A stretch of DNA of 63,870 bases, counting the filler, from Halocafeteria seosinensis (lineage: Eukaryota), in NCBI GenBank assembly GCA_001687465.1. It is 8 parts of 8 records of this genome, joined end to end, with 100 filler letters (N's around TTAATTAATTAA, not from the genome) between each part and the next. Parts side by side here need not be neighbours in the genome. Positions count along the whole stretch, not along the records: positions 37,427 to 52,421 come from LVLI01000019.1; positions 52,522 to 55,028 come from LVLI01000021.1; positions 55,129 to 60,547 come from LVLI01000022.1; 5 more parts are not named here. One strand, given 5' to 3'. The translations under genes and the position numbers were made by a program. The notes under the pieces are model-generated. The model was not told the origin of the DNA and searched no databases. It was given only the letters and a program-made list of their open reading frames with translations. Every line of letters starts with the position of its first letter. The stretch's first letter is position 1. Shown here one piece after another: positions 47,449-60,157 of the stretch.

Positions 47449-50400
47449 ATCAGAGAATGGCCACGTCCGTGCCTTGATTGGAATTTTATATCTCAAGCGA
47501 GAAACCTTTTTCAATGGGTTGTTGGCAGCCGCCGAAAATTCTTCATCTCCTGGAGTTGTAAACTTCCAACTCAATGCTTGTAAAACTTGGACTGATGCGA
47601 TCAGCAGGCTGAATAAAACAAGCAGCGATGTCACCTTTGGGACAGTCAAGGCGTGGAATACAAGGTGTATCATGTGATCACAAACGCGAAATATCCATCG
47701 GACGCTGCGGGGTGGATTCATATCGCTCGCTACAGTGCTAGCAGTCGTAAAGGCAGCATCTCCTCGTCCGCTCTTAACCAGCTTGTTCCACCAATGAGCA
47801 TAGTCGTTCGTTGTCCAATCAGACCTTAGAAAAAATTCATTTTCTATTTTGAGGTGTGCGTTTGTCTCAGACCTGAGCAATCCATTGAAATGACCCATGA
47901 ACTTCATGTCACTTGTATTCTCCCGCACCACGTTCATCGCTGCAACAAGATGTTTCATTACAACTGGATCTTCCGGGAGAGTTATACTTAGACACTGCAA
48001 CCTTCTTCCCGTATTTTCAAGTATGTAGTAGTCATACGATAACATCTTGTGAACCCTTCCTCCTCGTGACAACGCGCCAAACTGAAGCGGCATCGGAAGA
48101 GAGGGGACATGTTTGCTACGCATCGAATAAGATGACGGCACGATACGAGTAGAGGAGGCAAATCGACGCAACCTCTGACGAGATCCATGCGCTAGGAAAG
48201 TATCACACTGAGAAGGGAATCCTGGTATGCGATGCGCTACGGATACGCATGGCTCACTGGGTTTGGGACCGTCCGCATGCTTTGGCTTCTTGTCAGATAT
48301 CAAGCGAGGACGGACAGCAACGAAAGCAACCCCTATCGACATTAGCTCCCACTGTAAGTTGAGCAAAGATGGAATACACTTTGTGGGTCCTGCCATGGGT
48401 ACTGTCCGACCTGGGTACAGTGCAACTTGTGCAAGTGGGGTTCTGGTAAGTGTAAGTCGACCGTCGACCTTGTCGCTGGGTCTTGTAAGATATACAAGAT
48501 TTATAGGGATTGGTTGTGCAGAATTTGAATGGTATATGAGTCTAGTTTATATGCGTAAGAGGGGATAAGACAAGAATTTCTATACATTGTACTATAGTGC
48601 TGTTCCCTGCGAAAAACACCGAATACCGAATTCAACTTGGGATCGCCCAAGTGCAAGTGGACACCTCTCTGAGTACAAATAATTACAGTTGGGACCCTAC
48701 CTCGGGGTTTTTGAGTCCATGTGGCTCTGCGACGATAACATGGACCCTCGATATGCTGGAGAAGAAGGCTGGATTTAAGGCGTATACTATGCGGCCCTGG
48801 GCCCAATTGGCTGCGCCTGATGCCGATCGACTATACTGGTGTATACTTCGCTCAGGAACTCGTTCCACCATTTTAAGATCTGTTCTGGGAACCTATATCC
48901 CCTTTTGTGCTTTTGGTGCCTGTATGATCGGCCGTATGTATTGGTATTGCTCCTACCGGAAGACGTGTCTGCACAGATAGCCGGACTGCCGGGGAATTGA
49001 CCGCATCCTCTTAACGAGGAGCGGTATGCGCCCTGTTAAGCAGCGACGGGCCTGCGGTTCCTGCCTCAATCTGAGGTGAATATATGCTCCAAACAGTGAA
49101 GCCACTTTCAATTCCATGACAACCACGTTGACATACACACTGCTTGCGGAAACTAAGAGAGAATTGAAGGGACACAGCAAGAAAGAGGGTACTAGTCGAG
49201 AATATACGTACATATACATGAATCAATTCCCGGGGAGGAGTGTGGTTTGCTTGCGTACACATGGGAAGATGAATCAAATCGCAACAGAGTCGATCCTTGC
49301 GTCAGTTGCTGGAGGTTGTCGCTGATCCACACTGATGGGGTGCACGAAAAAGAAGAATAAAGAAACTTACAGAACTGATTTTGACTAATCCGATGAAGGC
49401 CGATACTGAAGGTGATGCAACTTTTGAGCTCGCATTACGGAGCACGACGATTGTATACAGACCATTGATCGCATCAAATTGTGTCGAGATGATGTCGTTT
49501 TATGAGATGGTCCCTCTGGTCGTGTTATGGAAGTTAGTTCTGGCATTCATGGGGCTCCCCTAACCGGGCAAGGGATCAAATTAGGGTATCAAGCTTGTTC
49601 TAGTTCCTGGTGGGGTTTGTGTACGAAAGGGACAGAAGTTGGAAAGGAGACAGGCGACTATCACGCGATAGCTGATATTCCACAGTGTAGTTCTTCATTA
49701 TTTAAAAGAGAGAATAAGAGCGAAGGTTGAACAACGGTGACGAGAGACGTGTGTCAGTCTTTTGAGTGAGGGCGGCAGTACTCCAGTTGAGGCTTTACCG
49801 GTAAGATGAGTCAGCTGAGTAAGGCAGTGTACTTTAATTCTTGGAGACGTAAAAAAAGCAGACGGCAGCGGCTCCTGGATAGAGCATGGGAAGAGCTCGA
49901 ACGATGTGAACTCGGGACGACGTTACGCAAGCGAAACTACGAAGCGGCATATGCTTGCATGCGCACTTGAGCGTTTTGAAACCGATGTTGCCGCCAATCG
50001 ACTGTGGGTCTCGCATTTTAACGGGCCAGCAGATGCACAACCACCGGACCGGTTCGGCGATACTACTTGGGTTTTTGTCGATGATCCCAGGACTCCATTA
50101 ATCCCCCCGAAGCTTGGTTGCCGATTGAGGACGGAGTGATAGGCGTCTACGAAAACCTGATAGACTCTGGCTTTCCCATTCCATCCAAGCATTAACGCGT
50201 GCTTCAAGAATGTGAAGTTTCGTCGCTCAGAAAGTACGGCTCTTACTGCTTTCAGGCGTGCTTCTCTTTAGCTTCTTATTGCAGCTCTTGTTGCCTCCAA
50301 TGCTCTTGCAAAAGGAAGCATCATATTTTTTTCTTATCGCTCTCATGGTTGGCTTGCACCCTCTTCCGGTTCTTGACGTGCGCGTTGAGTCTCCGATGAG

Positions 50401-51402
50401 GACGGTGGCGATCGTTTCAGCTTTCCGTGGCCTCAAATAATTCAGTCCAAATAACGAAAAAAGATAGAATGGTAGCTGACCAACTCGGGGTGAGAAAAGG
50501 TGAAGAGACTCCGGGTATTAGAGAGAGAGCATTGATCCGCAACCTGATATTTCATAAATGCTACAGAGTAGCTGAGGAAGTACCACTGCAAGTCTGGGAA
50601 ATAGTCCAACGCATGGGGTGATGGTACACGATTGGTCAGGAAGAGGCTACAAAAGGCGGAAAGAGGATACGTAGAAACAAACACCAGTTGCATGAAGAAA
50701 TTCTCTGATGTTTTGACAGATTACCTAGGTATTGAAAAAATGATGACATAAAGCGAATTCACCCTCTCGCATCAGTTGCGTACTACGCCTATTGCGAGAG
50801 GACATCGAGTTTTCCGACGATGGCTTGTGAGCACTTGCTGACGGTCTGCCCACCAGTTCCGTGCTAGCAACTAGTGATGCAAACAGCGCCGGGCGCTAAA
50901 TCGTTAGAGTTATCGTTCTTTCGGGAAGCGCTAGGCTACGGAAGACACGCTAATTGTTCAGATGTCGCCTCGAGTAGCACTACACGTAGGTCCAGCTCCC
51001 TTGTGACTTTCCCGGAATGAATGGACGATGATGCGGCATCGGCGACTTAGCAGCAGTAATCATGGCGACATCTGTTGCAGCAACGATGAAAGTTTTCTTC
51101 TGCTGCAGAATTATTATGATCAGTCCAAAAATACACAGTATAAAGGGAGGGCTGAACGCTACAGTCTGCAACTACTGAGTCTAACGAAGCCTGCTTCCCA
51201 GATAAGTTGGAAGGCTCAGTCTTGATGAATTTGTATCACATTGCATGTAGGAAGAGTCAACACTACTATTGGGTACATACTTAGTTTTAGGTTACTACGC
51301 TTCGAGTTCCGCTACTGGAAACAATATCCACCCAATATCTATATTGGGCTACGGCTCAACATTTCTCTTGATTGGTTCCTTGAAATGCTTTGCGAAACAT
51401 CT

Positions 51403-52421
51403 TCAGCCTTTTACTGTGCGTTTGGGTCTTTGAGCAGGAAGTGCATTGACCTTGTCAGTATGTTTGTTTGATTTACCCGTAGCCGAAGAGTTATTTGTTT
51501 CAGAAGTTGTCGGCATAGAGCTTCGTGTTGGAGTTGAAGTCGACGATGACGTCCCTGTCATAGTCGGAGGACTAGTGGTGAAAAATGAAGCCGAGCTAGT
51601 AGATGTCCAAGTTGGGCTGGCACTTGCAGTACTTGACGGACTCTCCGATCTCGTGGCCGTCAGCGTGAAAGTGGAACTTTGGGTTTGTGTCAAAGTTGGC
51701 GTGGCGCTTGCCGTTCCAGTTTGAGTCCTTGTTTGGTTGTGCGACGACGATGACGATGACGATGGAGTGGCACTCGCAGAGCGTGTAAAGCTGCTTGAAG
51801 GAGTCTCCGACCATGTCGTCGTCGATGACGGCGTCGACATGGGTGAAGGAGTAGGGGACGACGGTGGTACCAATTGAAAGCGTAGAATTGGCAGCAGATT
51901 CTCGTCGTCGTCATCACTTTCTCCTCTATCTAAAGCCCACACGTCCTCAGACCAACCTGCCACTTGATACAGTTGTCCCTGAATATCTGTTAAATTATCT
52001 GAATTGGCTGTCTCGACGAGCTTACTTCCATCATCCACTCCTACGATCGACGCTGCTCCTTCACTGCCATTGTATACTGAGTATTTTACGTGAATGGTAC
52101 CACTTGCTTCACTTAATATTGATCCTATAATACCGCCAGCCTTTGTCCCGATAACCGTACCTGATGCATATGTATTGGTGATGTAGACGTCTCCTGTTGC
52201 CAAACTGCTTGATTGCCCTCCTGTCTGGTATCCTGTAATACCTCCTGCTTGGGTGCCAATAATATCTCCTCGTGTATAACAATCTATGATATGTACTTTA
52301 CCGTCTTTCTCTGCTGTATCATCGCCGCTAATCCCTCCACTATCATCTGCAGATATCTGTCCCATACTATAACATTCCTTGATATAAATAAATCCATTGC
52401 CATGACCAGCAGCACGACCCA
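51403..52421 (-). CDS. Paralog of the GLUG-like secreted protein, 5' lost in gap
   Basis: Collinear with 45616-46620, same C-terminus (KRTVKG*) and 3' flank. Confidence 0.85.
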
Positions 52422-52521
52422 NNNNNNNNNNNNNNNNNNNNNNNNNNNNNNNNNNNNNNNNNNNNTTAATTAATTAANNNNNNNNNNNNNNNNNNNNNNN
52501 NNNNNNNNNNNNNNNNNNNNN

Positions 52522-54146
52522 GATGAAAGCACCCAGAGCGCTGCATCCAACTCGGATATTGATTGGAGATGTTCGGGAAGCGATTAGGTACGTACGTCGC
52601 ATATCTTCCCCGAGATAGTTGTGTCGCAAATACTGTATCATTTCGTCCCCGTTGGGAAACACCCTCAGGCCATCGCAGATATGCTGTTCCTTCTCTGCCG
52701 CATCAGTCGTGGAGCGACTACTGCTCATGTACAATAGAGCTCTCTCCAGTGCTCTGCCTCATTGGTTCAGGGACTGTAAGTTGATTAGCCCAAATCATCG
52801 TATGACCACGCTTACTTGTAATCCGGGAACTGCAGATCAGAATCGTCTCCATTTTCCTGCTCATCTGGCTGATTTCCGGGTCCACCTTCTGACTGGTGGA
52901 CCGCCTCCTCTTCCTCATCTGTTTCGACGTGGTTGGTATCATCCGAGCAATCGGAATTCCGATCATTCTCCTCGTTCTCGACGTGCTCTCCTACCTGCTC
53001 AGCGCCATCGTCTTGGGGTTGGTCCTGTTCCCGCAAGAGCTGCTTCATTCCCCTATTGAACAGTGGACGCAGATAGGAGTTCCATCCGCAACGCGTAACT
53101 CAAAATAGTGTTCACGGCTTGGATGAGTGTATTGCGCCGTTACATACGCCTTCTTTAGGTGATGCAGACAGAGCTGAACATCGATCTGTAAAACATCTTT
53201 CAGCAGATTTGTCTCGTCACTCCGCGCATGGCGAAATGTGAGTGTTTGAATTTCGTCCATTTCGTCTTTCATGGTGATCCAGGTCGTCGAATCGGACTCA
53301 TAAGGGGCATGCATTTGTGACAACTGCTGTGTTCGTACATTGGTAGGCGAAGGAGGGAAACACTACTGAATTCAGTACTTACGTGCTCTATGCTCGCTCT
53401 GATATCCGTGTCTTGAATGAATCCGTCCCGAATTTGCCGTTTTAAGAAATCTACTTTTTTCCCTATCGTGACTTTCAGAAATGAGTATATCTGGGCCTTA
53501 TCAAAGTCACTGACGAGTTTCTGCAGTCAGTGTGGCTGTCGAGGGTGGGCAGTCTAGATAATGAGCTCTCTTAGAAACCGCATATACCTTGATATGGCGC
53601 TCCACTCTTTTTTCCGGAAAAAAGTTTTGGTAGAATATTTTCCAGTACTCATTCAGCGCTTCTTTCCTCCGTCCTTCGCCTTGGACAAGTAGGTGTGAAA
53701 TGACGATTCCTGGACAACATATGGAGTCCTGAAAGCTGCCGCACATCGCAAAGTAACAGTCGAAGGAGTATTCCTGCAAAATTTCCCCCAATCAACTCAT
53801 CACACAATGAGATGGAATTGACAAGATATTCATTTGGACACTGTGGACATTGGATCCTATTGGTATCGAGCTACATGTGTAGGATACGCTACCCAGCTCC
53901 GGCAGCTCTCTTCACTGGTATCAGGAATACTCATACGAGTATGAGGGGGAGGTTACGTACGCGGACTATAGTCCCATTTTCGACCGTAAAGGTTCGGAGC
54001 TTGGCGCTGAGTTTACTTTTTTCATTGGTGGCGTAGATCGAAGAGAGGATATAGCGTCCCTCGGCTTCTGTCTCAGGTGAGTGGTCGAGCCCTGCATGGC
54101 TTCCCTGGAGGATGTCCTTTAGTCTTTGATACTGGGCGGATTCCAT
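52522..54146 (-). mobile_element. Highly degenerate transposase remnant, possibly MULE-like
   Basis: ITMKDEMDEI...VQLCLHHLKKA resembles the second-D/CxxH MULE block; fragmented frames. Confidence 0.35.
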
Positions 54147-54668
54147 GGTTGCTCTACACGTTTTCCATCACGTTGACGGCTGTTATGGCGGACGCTCTCC
54201 AATTCATTTGAGACGTATTTCTGCTCCGTAGCGGACCATGTGAAGTGTTGTTGACTCAATGACGTCACTGGCTCACATCTTAACTATTCTATTATCACCG
54301 ATTCATGCCCAATTAAGATACATCTAAGGAAGCTAAATTTTCATTGGTCGGAGGAGAGTTCACGGAACTCCAGCGTCGAACTGATGCAATTGCGTTGGTT
54401 TCAGTACCATGTAGTTTCATTGAGTACGGATCCACCGCAACGGGGACACCAGTTCGGAAGAAGATCTGATGTGCGCTCCCGTTTTGTGGTCGCTCTCGTA
54501 TTCAACACAATCGCTGTACTTGAAAGCTATGTATATCTCCCTGCAAAAGCATAACCCCAATTCCAATATACAGTTTCTCTCACGGTGTTGAACGTCAATT
54601 TTTATACATGTCGTCGGGGAAAACAGCGTGGCAAAAGATATCGATGAGTCCTCGCACAAGCACTTTAT

Positions 54669-54965
54669 GTAGCCGAATACGAAGGCCTGCTGCTGGGACT
54701 GAAACTGGTCTTCGATGCGCTTGACGCATCCCCAAGTGAGTTACCAGCCCCGGTGGACGTCCGCATGGAATGCGACTCACAAATGGTGGATCACATGAAT
54801 GGCGAAGCCCAGTGCCGCAAGGATAAGCTCATCCCGCTCTTCGAGAGGGCACGGACTGAATGGTTCCACCTTAAGAACCTCCCAATGGTGAGGAGCGCAG
54901 AGATTAGGTTCATACGCAGGGCTTCAAACGCGGCTGCCGNCCGCTTGGCTAAGACCGCGTCAAAC
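54669..54965 (+). pseudogene. RNase HI fragment (archaeal-like/RVT_3 type), N-terminal Asp motif missing
   Basis: VAEYEGLLLGL, ECDSQMV, FIRRASNAAAxRLA. Confidence 0.8.
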
Positions 54966-55399
54966 AACCCAGTGGGTAATGGTTCCTCTTGCTTAGACTG
55001 GCCGCCTAGAGCTACGCACACGGTAGACNNNNNNNNNNNNNNNNNNNNNNNNNNNNNNNNNNNNNNNNNNNNTTAATTAATTAANNNNNNNNNNNNNNNN
55101 NNNNNNNNNNNNNNNNNNNNNNNNNNNNCCATGCACATGATGAAACCCAGAATCACATGTTCACACTCATTCGAATCTGGATGTACCATGAATTACACAA
55201 ATCGCGCAACAAACTGAAGAGCCTGGTAGGCCGCCAACCAGCATCTGGGATCCATTCCGATAATACGTCTATAGCAACTTCACTAAAAGGATTGCATTCA
55301 AATGAAGACCGCGGATACACCAGGATTTAGTTATTCGTGGGATGCCTTTGAGTGAAGCTTGCCTGAGCCATGGTACAGCCGAAGAGATATACAGGGAAA

Positions 55400-56219
55400 G
55401 CTTGGCCGGAAGCCGAGTGGATTCCTGAGTTTCTTCACAACTGCACTTGCGAAGCATTCAAGCAGCATGGATAGCAAGACAAATAATTTTATGCAGAGAT
55501 TCTTTTCCGGAGTATCCGGAAGGATAATTCGAAAGTGGGTCGCCAATTCGCCCATCTCGTAACGTTGAGCGAAAGTGAAAACTGGCCTCTTTTCTACGAT
55601 GCTGCTGCCATATATGATGACAGCACGAGACAATCTTTGGCAGGCTACAGACCGGAGGAACTCAGACAACTGTGCAAAGCTAGCGGTTTGCCTGTTTACG
55701 GTACAAAGCTTGTACTCACGACTGCACCAATACCGGCGGGAGGATACTGAAGATGTTGACGACTGCCACCAAGAAGAGGGAGCTCCTTCCCCCAAAAATG
55801 AGTCGACGGCAGTATTGGTGAAATACAGATGGCCATGGCACCTAAGATAACGTATCAAGACGCTCTAGTGGAAACCAAGCGGATCGAGCTCCCCGTTCTA
55901 CCCAAATGGCGACTCTGAACTCGACAGCGACTCCGTGGAAGCTTCGACGGAGCCAGATGAAACATCTTCAGAAATATATGGCAGTGCAAGCGCTCACCCC
56001 ATCTTCAATAAAGGACGTCATGCGTACAGACGAGCAGATCTTGGTTATCAGACACGTCGCGCGACAGCCACAACACCGGCCGCAGCTAACGATACCTTCT
56101 TAGACCTGCGCAACAAATCCATAGCTCAACTCCAGAGGCTCTGTAGCTCCATTTCTCGTCCTATTTATGGTTCCAGAGACGTTTTGGCCTCAAGAATAGC
56201 TCGAAATAGGCAGAGATGA
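55400..56219 (+). mobile_element. Degenerate ORF with partial SWIM-like finger and two SAP-like motifs; probable transposase C-terminus
   Basis: NCTCEAFKQHG; EELRQLCKASGLPVYGTKLVL; IAQLQRLCSSISRPIYGSRDVLASRI. Confidence 0.5.
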
Positions 56220-56533
56220 ATCCCGGGCTGAACTTCACAGCGGCTCGTATATAGGCTGAGTGTTTTCTTTATATATATCTTAACTCAAAAATACGTTATT
56301 TGAGTTATTCAAACACAAAGTTCGCTAGTTGTTACTGATACATGCATATAACTCTTGTGTTACTTCGTCTCGTATATAGCCCCAAATGCCGCAGTAGTTT
56401 AAGGTACCGCACTTCTGATATGAGGTATGGGGCCTGGTGCGGAAAGTGGGCAGAGGGTACTGGTTCTCGGTAGTGCTGGTATATATATATATATGTTCAC
56501 CCTCCCCCCATCCCCCCGAGAAAGAGTGTAGCG

Positions 56534-57808
56534 ATGCGTATCACAGCATTCCACAAACTCGAAAATGGTAACGGCTACTTCATACGTCTTCCCACCAATC
56601 ATCGAGGAAGTCAAACTCACGATTCCTCGGATTCTCAGCCCCAGGCAACAACAGCGGTAGGAGGAGGCGAAGGGCATACCGCCGACTCGGAGGCGCATGC
56701 GTATGCGCAGACGGCCGGGCGGGATACTGACGATTCTCTGCGTACCTCTTGGGTGGAACTCACTGGAGAAGGTCGCGTCAGGGATTGGCGCTTCGTGGAA
56801 GTCGTACGCGACTCCATGGTGGCCCAAGTCACTCTGTATGACGCCAATCGCAATATGTTCGTCCGTCTTACTCCTCAGGAAGCCCAATGCAGCTCAAATG
56901 GTGGGATGTCGTACTATCGTCTGGGTCGAGGAACGTGGGTTCGCCAAGCTCAAGTGCCCTCGTACATCTTGGATGCCGTCCAGGACTATTGTGGCATTGA
57001 CTTGCGCGCTCTACGAACTGCTCAGAGTTCCTCGCATACGAGCAATTCGATGACCGAGACGGTGGATGTAGGAGGCATGCAGAAATGGAAGCATCCTGGC
57101 GGATGTTTCTTCCACAAACCCCAGAGTTCTAGCCAACGGTATTGGAAGGAGATGACGGCCGACGGACACACACTGTTCACATTCCGCGAAGTGGATCGCC
57201 AAGATAGAGCTGTAGTGCTACTCGATGAAACCAGACACTTGTACGTGAAATTGGACCCGGAAAATTGTTATATTGGAGAGTCCCAAGACGGGCCGTGGAG
57301 AGCGATTTACCAAGGCAGCTGGGTGGTTCCTGGTGAGGAGGAGGACCGCTATACTAGTAATGAGGGAGGACAAGGTGAATCCGTTTTCAGTTCCAGTAGT
57401 CGACCGACATTTGTTAACAAAATCAAAGCTTATTTCTATGTGGAGTCTTCACCACCGACGTTCTATGTCATGCTTCCGGCTGCGCAAACAAACACAGAAA
57501 GCAACTACGGTAATCGCAATATAAACTGGGTTCAGTTCGATGCACACGGAATCCAATTAACAGGGCTCTTGACTGAGACTGCTCGTGATAAAGCGACACA
57601 CAAGATTATACTGTTTGATCCGTCAAGAGTCCAGTTCATGCAGCTCACCAGTGATGGTCTCAGATTAAGTCACGACCAAGGCGCTACATATCACCATGAG
57701 AGCTCTGGGGGATGGATTCAGGCGAAAGACGTGCCAAAAGTTATTCGTGATGCGATTCCAGAATTGACAGGAATAACACCTAAATCGCTCCGAGAGTCCA
57801 GCAGCTAA
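56534..57808 (+). CDS. Uncharacterised protein with three tandem beta-rich repeats
   Basis: Uninterrupted 424-aa ORF; three copies of W.E....F.F.E..RD..V.L.D..R...V.L....G.W. Confidence 0.75.
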   Translation: MRITAFHKLENGNGYFIRLPTNHRGSQTHDSSDSQPQATTAVGGGEGHTADSEAHAYAQTAGRDTDDSLRTSWVELTGEGRVRDWRFVEVVRDSMVAQVTLYDANRNMFVRLTPQEAQCSSNGGMSYYRLGRGTWVRQAQVPSYILDAVQDYCGIDLRALRTAQSSSHTSNSMTETVDVGGMQKWKHPGGCFFHKPQSSSQRYWKEMTADGHTLFTFREVDRQDRAVVLLDETRHLYVKLDPENCYIGESQDGPWRAIYQGSWVVPGEEEDRYTSNEGGQGESVFSSSSRPTFVNKIKAYFYVESSPPTFYVMLPAAQTNTESNYGNRNINWVQFDAHGIQLTGLLTETARDKATHKIILFDPSRVQFMQLTSDGLRLSHDQGATYHHESSGGWIQAKDVPKVIRDAIPELTGITPKSLRESSS

Positions 57809-57850
57809 GGGAAGAAAAACAAAATAGCGATGAAAGATAAGCAGTAAGCA

Positions 57851-59326
57851 TTACTTGCTGCGCCCTCGTTTAGCGGCTCTACGAGATTTTCCAGGTCTGT
57901 TTTTCCCTGCCCCACTGCTCATTGCTTTATTTAGTCCTGGGGGAAGAGATCGATTGCGCTTCATACTAAATTCGCGAGTGTCGGCAGCCGACTTCGAATC
58001 GTTTTTCTTTTGAGCACGCTTGGGCCCACCAAAACCGAATTTCTTGTTCTTTGCTTGTCGTTTTCTTCCTGGAGCTGAATTTGTTTTTGCAGCACGGGCA
58101 GAGGAAAGCATTGATTCAAGTTCTTTATCTGCGCTTTCGTCTGTGATTCCGCCTCGGGATGCTTTCTTCTTTTGCCACTGCTGAATGGCTTCCAAATTGG
58201 CTTTCTTGTGTGCTGATTTTTCTTTGAACCGCTCCGAAGCAACCTGCTTTGCGAATTTCTTTGACTCTGCAAAAGCGAACATTAGAAAAGCAAACATCAA
58301 TTCGAAGATGTATCAGGGGTGAAATATGGTGCTCTCTTGACGAAGATGAAAAATCCGTGAGAGAACCACTTGGAAGCCCTGACCCTCTCAAGGAAATTAT
58401 ACATGCGCAGAATTCACGAAAGATTCTCAATATCCCGGCCCAGGATGAGCCAATCATCAAGACACAGAAACGATGATGACTTTTATTCGGACCGGAAGAA
58501 GCCAGGGTAACGTAGACCAAGAAACAATGGTCGCACCGAAGAAGCAGGTAGTCTTCAGCTTACCTTGTGCTTTCTTGCGTTGTTCAAATGCCTTCATACG
58601 CTGCTGTTCCACTATAAGTTTATCTTTAACTTTAGCCATATGTTTATCTGATTTAAGCATTTCTGCAAAGTAGTCATCAGGGCGCATATGCTTCACTCCC
58701 AACTCGTCCCAAGCTGTACGGGCAGCCTTAACAGATGCTAGTGCCTGGTTGTAGCTGCAAGAAACAAGTGAGGCATCAGGCCAATGCATTACGAATTTTT
58801 TTTGATGATCCAGAATAGATAAGTAAGCTAAGGATATTATGACGTACAATTGAAGCTCCCGTCGTAGGTCATCATCCGGGTCATCCAAGACAATGGGCCG
58901 ACCCGCCGTTACATCCAATCGTTCCAACCATGGTTGTTTCCCTTTCTCTTTAAGAGCTTTCAGTGTCGATTCCAACAATTCCTGCAAACACAAATATCGA
59001 TAGATCCACTTCAAAATCTGTCCCTGATGTGCAAGCCTCACATCTCTACCCTTCATTTTTACCTTGTTTTCTTTCTTGGGCCGTGCCGAAGCAGTATCTT
59101 CGTCCTCCTCTTCTTCCTCTTCGTCTTCCTCTTCACTGCCTTCTTCTTCCGCCATCATTCGCATCGTTTCATTGCGACTATCGTCTTGATTTTCCTCGGC
59201 CGTAGCCATTAGTTTTTCGATATCCATGTCATTATATTCGTCCTCTTCACCTTCCGAGTCGGCTTCCTCCTCCTGCCGTCTGGAAGCTGCAGTCTTCGAC
59301 TTCTTGCGATTCTGCAACCAGACCAC
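57851..59326 (-). CDS. EBP2: rRNA-processing protein EBP2
   Basis: PWLERLDV, DDDLRRELQFYNQAL, RPDDYFAEMLKSDKHM.KVK, KKFAKQV, KKFGFGG.KR..K.N, RPGKSRR; introns 58982-59062, 58755-58847, 58267-58563; first exon unresolved. Confidence 0.93.
58309..58466 (-). ncRNA. Candidate intronic box C/D snoRNA
   Basis: Box C TGATGA (58459-58454), box D CTGA (58316-58313), short terminal stem TGTG/TACA, inside an unusually long 297-nt EBP2 intron. Confidence 0.45.
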
Positions 59327-60157
59327 ATTATTGAATGAAGGCTATCTACACAGCTGATAAGGCCTAAAATACGTCAGAAAAGGTCGATAAAGGGACGACG
59401 CCATGGAGGCGCATCTAGACTGTATTGAAGTGACACTGGCAGGCATCCCCTCCATCAAGTTGTTTCCACAGCTCTTTCCCGCGCTTGCGAAGCAACAACA
59501 TCCGATTTAATACCAGTCCAATGTACGTGTTAAACTTCTTTTGCTCCCATTTTATGCACATGCCCCTCATACAGACGGTAAAATGCGCAAAAAGCGTGGG
59601 GTCTCCACATACCTTTCCCATATCTCTCCTTCCAGGTTCCTTGCCCAATGCTCTCGCTCGTTCTTCAAACGGCCATTCACTCACTCACTAAGTTAACTAG
59701 ACCCCCTTGTATTGATCGTGTATGGAATACGTCCGTACGGTAGATGAAGCCAACCCTTGTGAAGCTGGCGGTGCGGAAAACAGCGAGGACAAGGCTTTAG
59801 CTAGCTAAAACAAACAATTTTAGCTAGCTAAAACAAATCGCCGATTTGCCGCATAAGCGCCTCTGGGTAAAAAAGTTCAACCTCAGAGGGTTTGTTGATT
59901 TTCAATTTTGTCAGCCTCAATTTTGTCCAACTCCGTTAATAAAACATACCCTTAGCAGTATCAACCTTGTTGGTAGGTGCTTTCTTGGAGAACTGTTCAC
60001 GAGTTCCTGAGTCCTGTGCAAGAAGTTGAAGCAGATCCTAAAAAGCTAAGATTACCAATAAAAGGAAACGTTTGTGGTAAGTACTGAATACTGTGCAGCC
60101 TACCGGCTTTAAAAGATACTAGCTAGGGGATCGATTATTCCGGATGGACTTTAGTCC

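Noticed and set aside
48597..50700. Scattered short ORFs as genes or LINE fragments
   Set aside because: No motif could be recognised with confidence.
58267..58563. U3 or U14 identity for the intronic RNA
   Set aside because: AAGACTA start is suggestive, but U3 boxes A/B and U14 domains A/B were not found.
59415..59684. Small ORF upstream of EBP2
   Set aside because: Could be a small spliced gene, but no recognisable homology.
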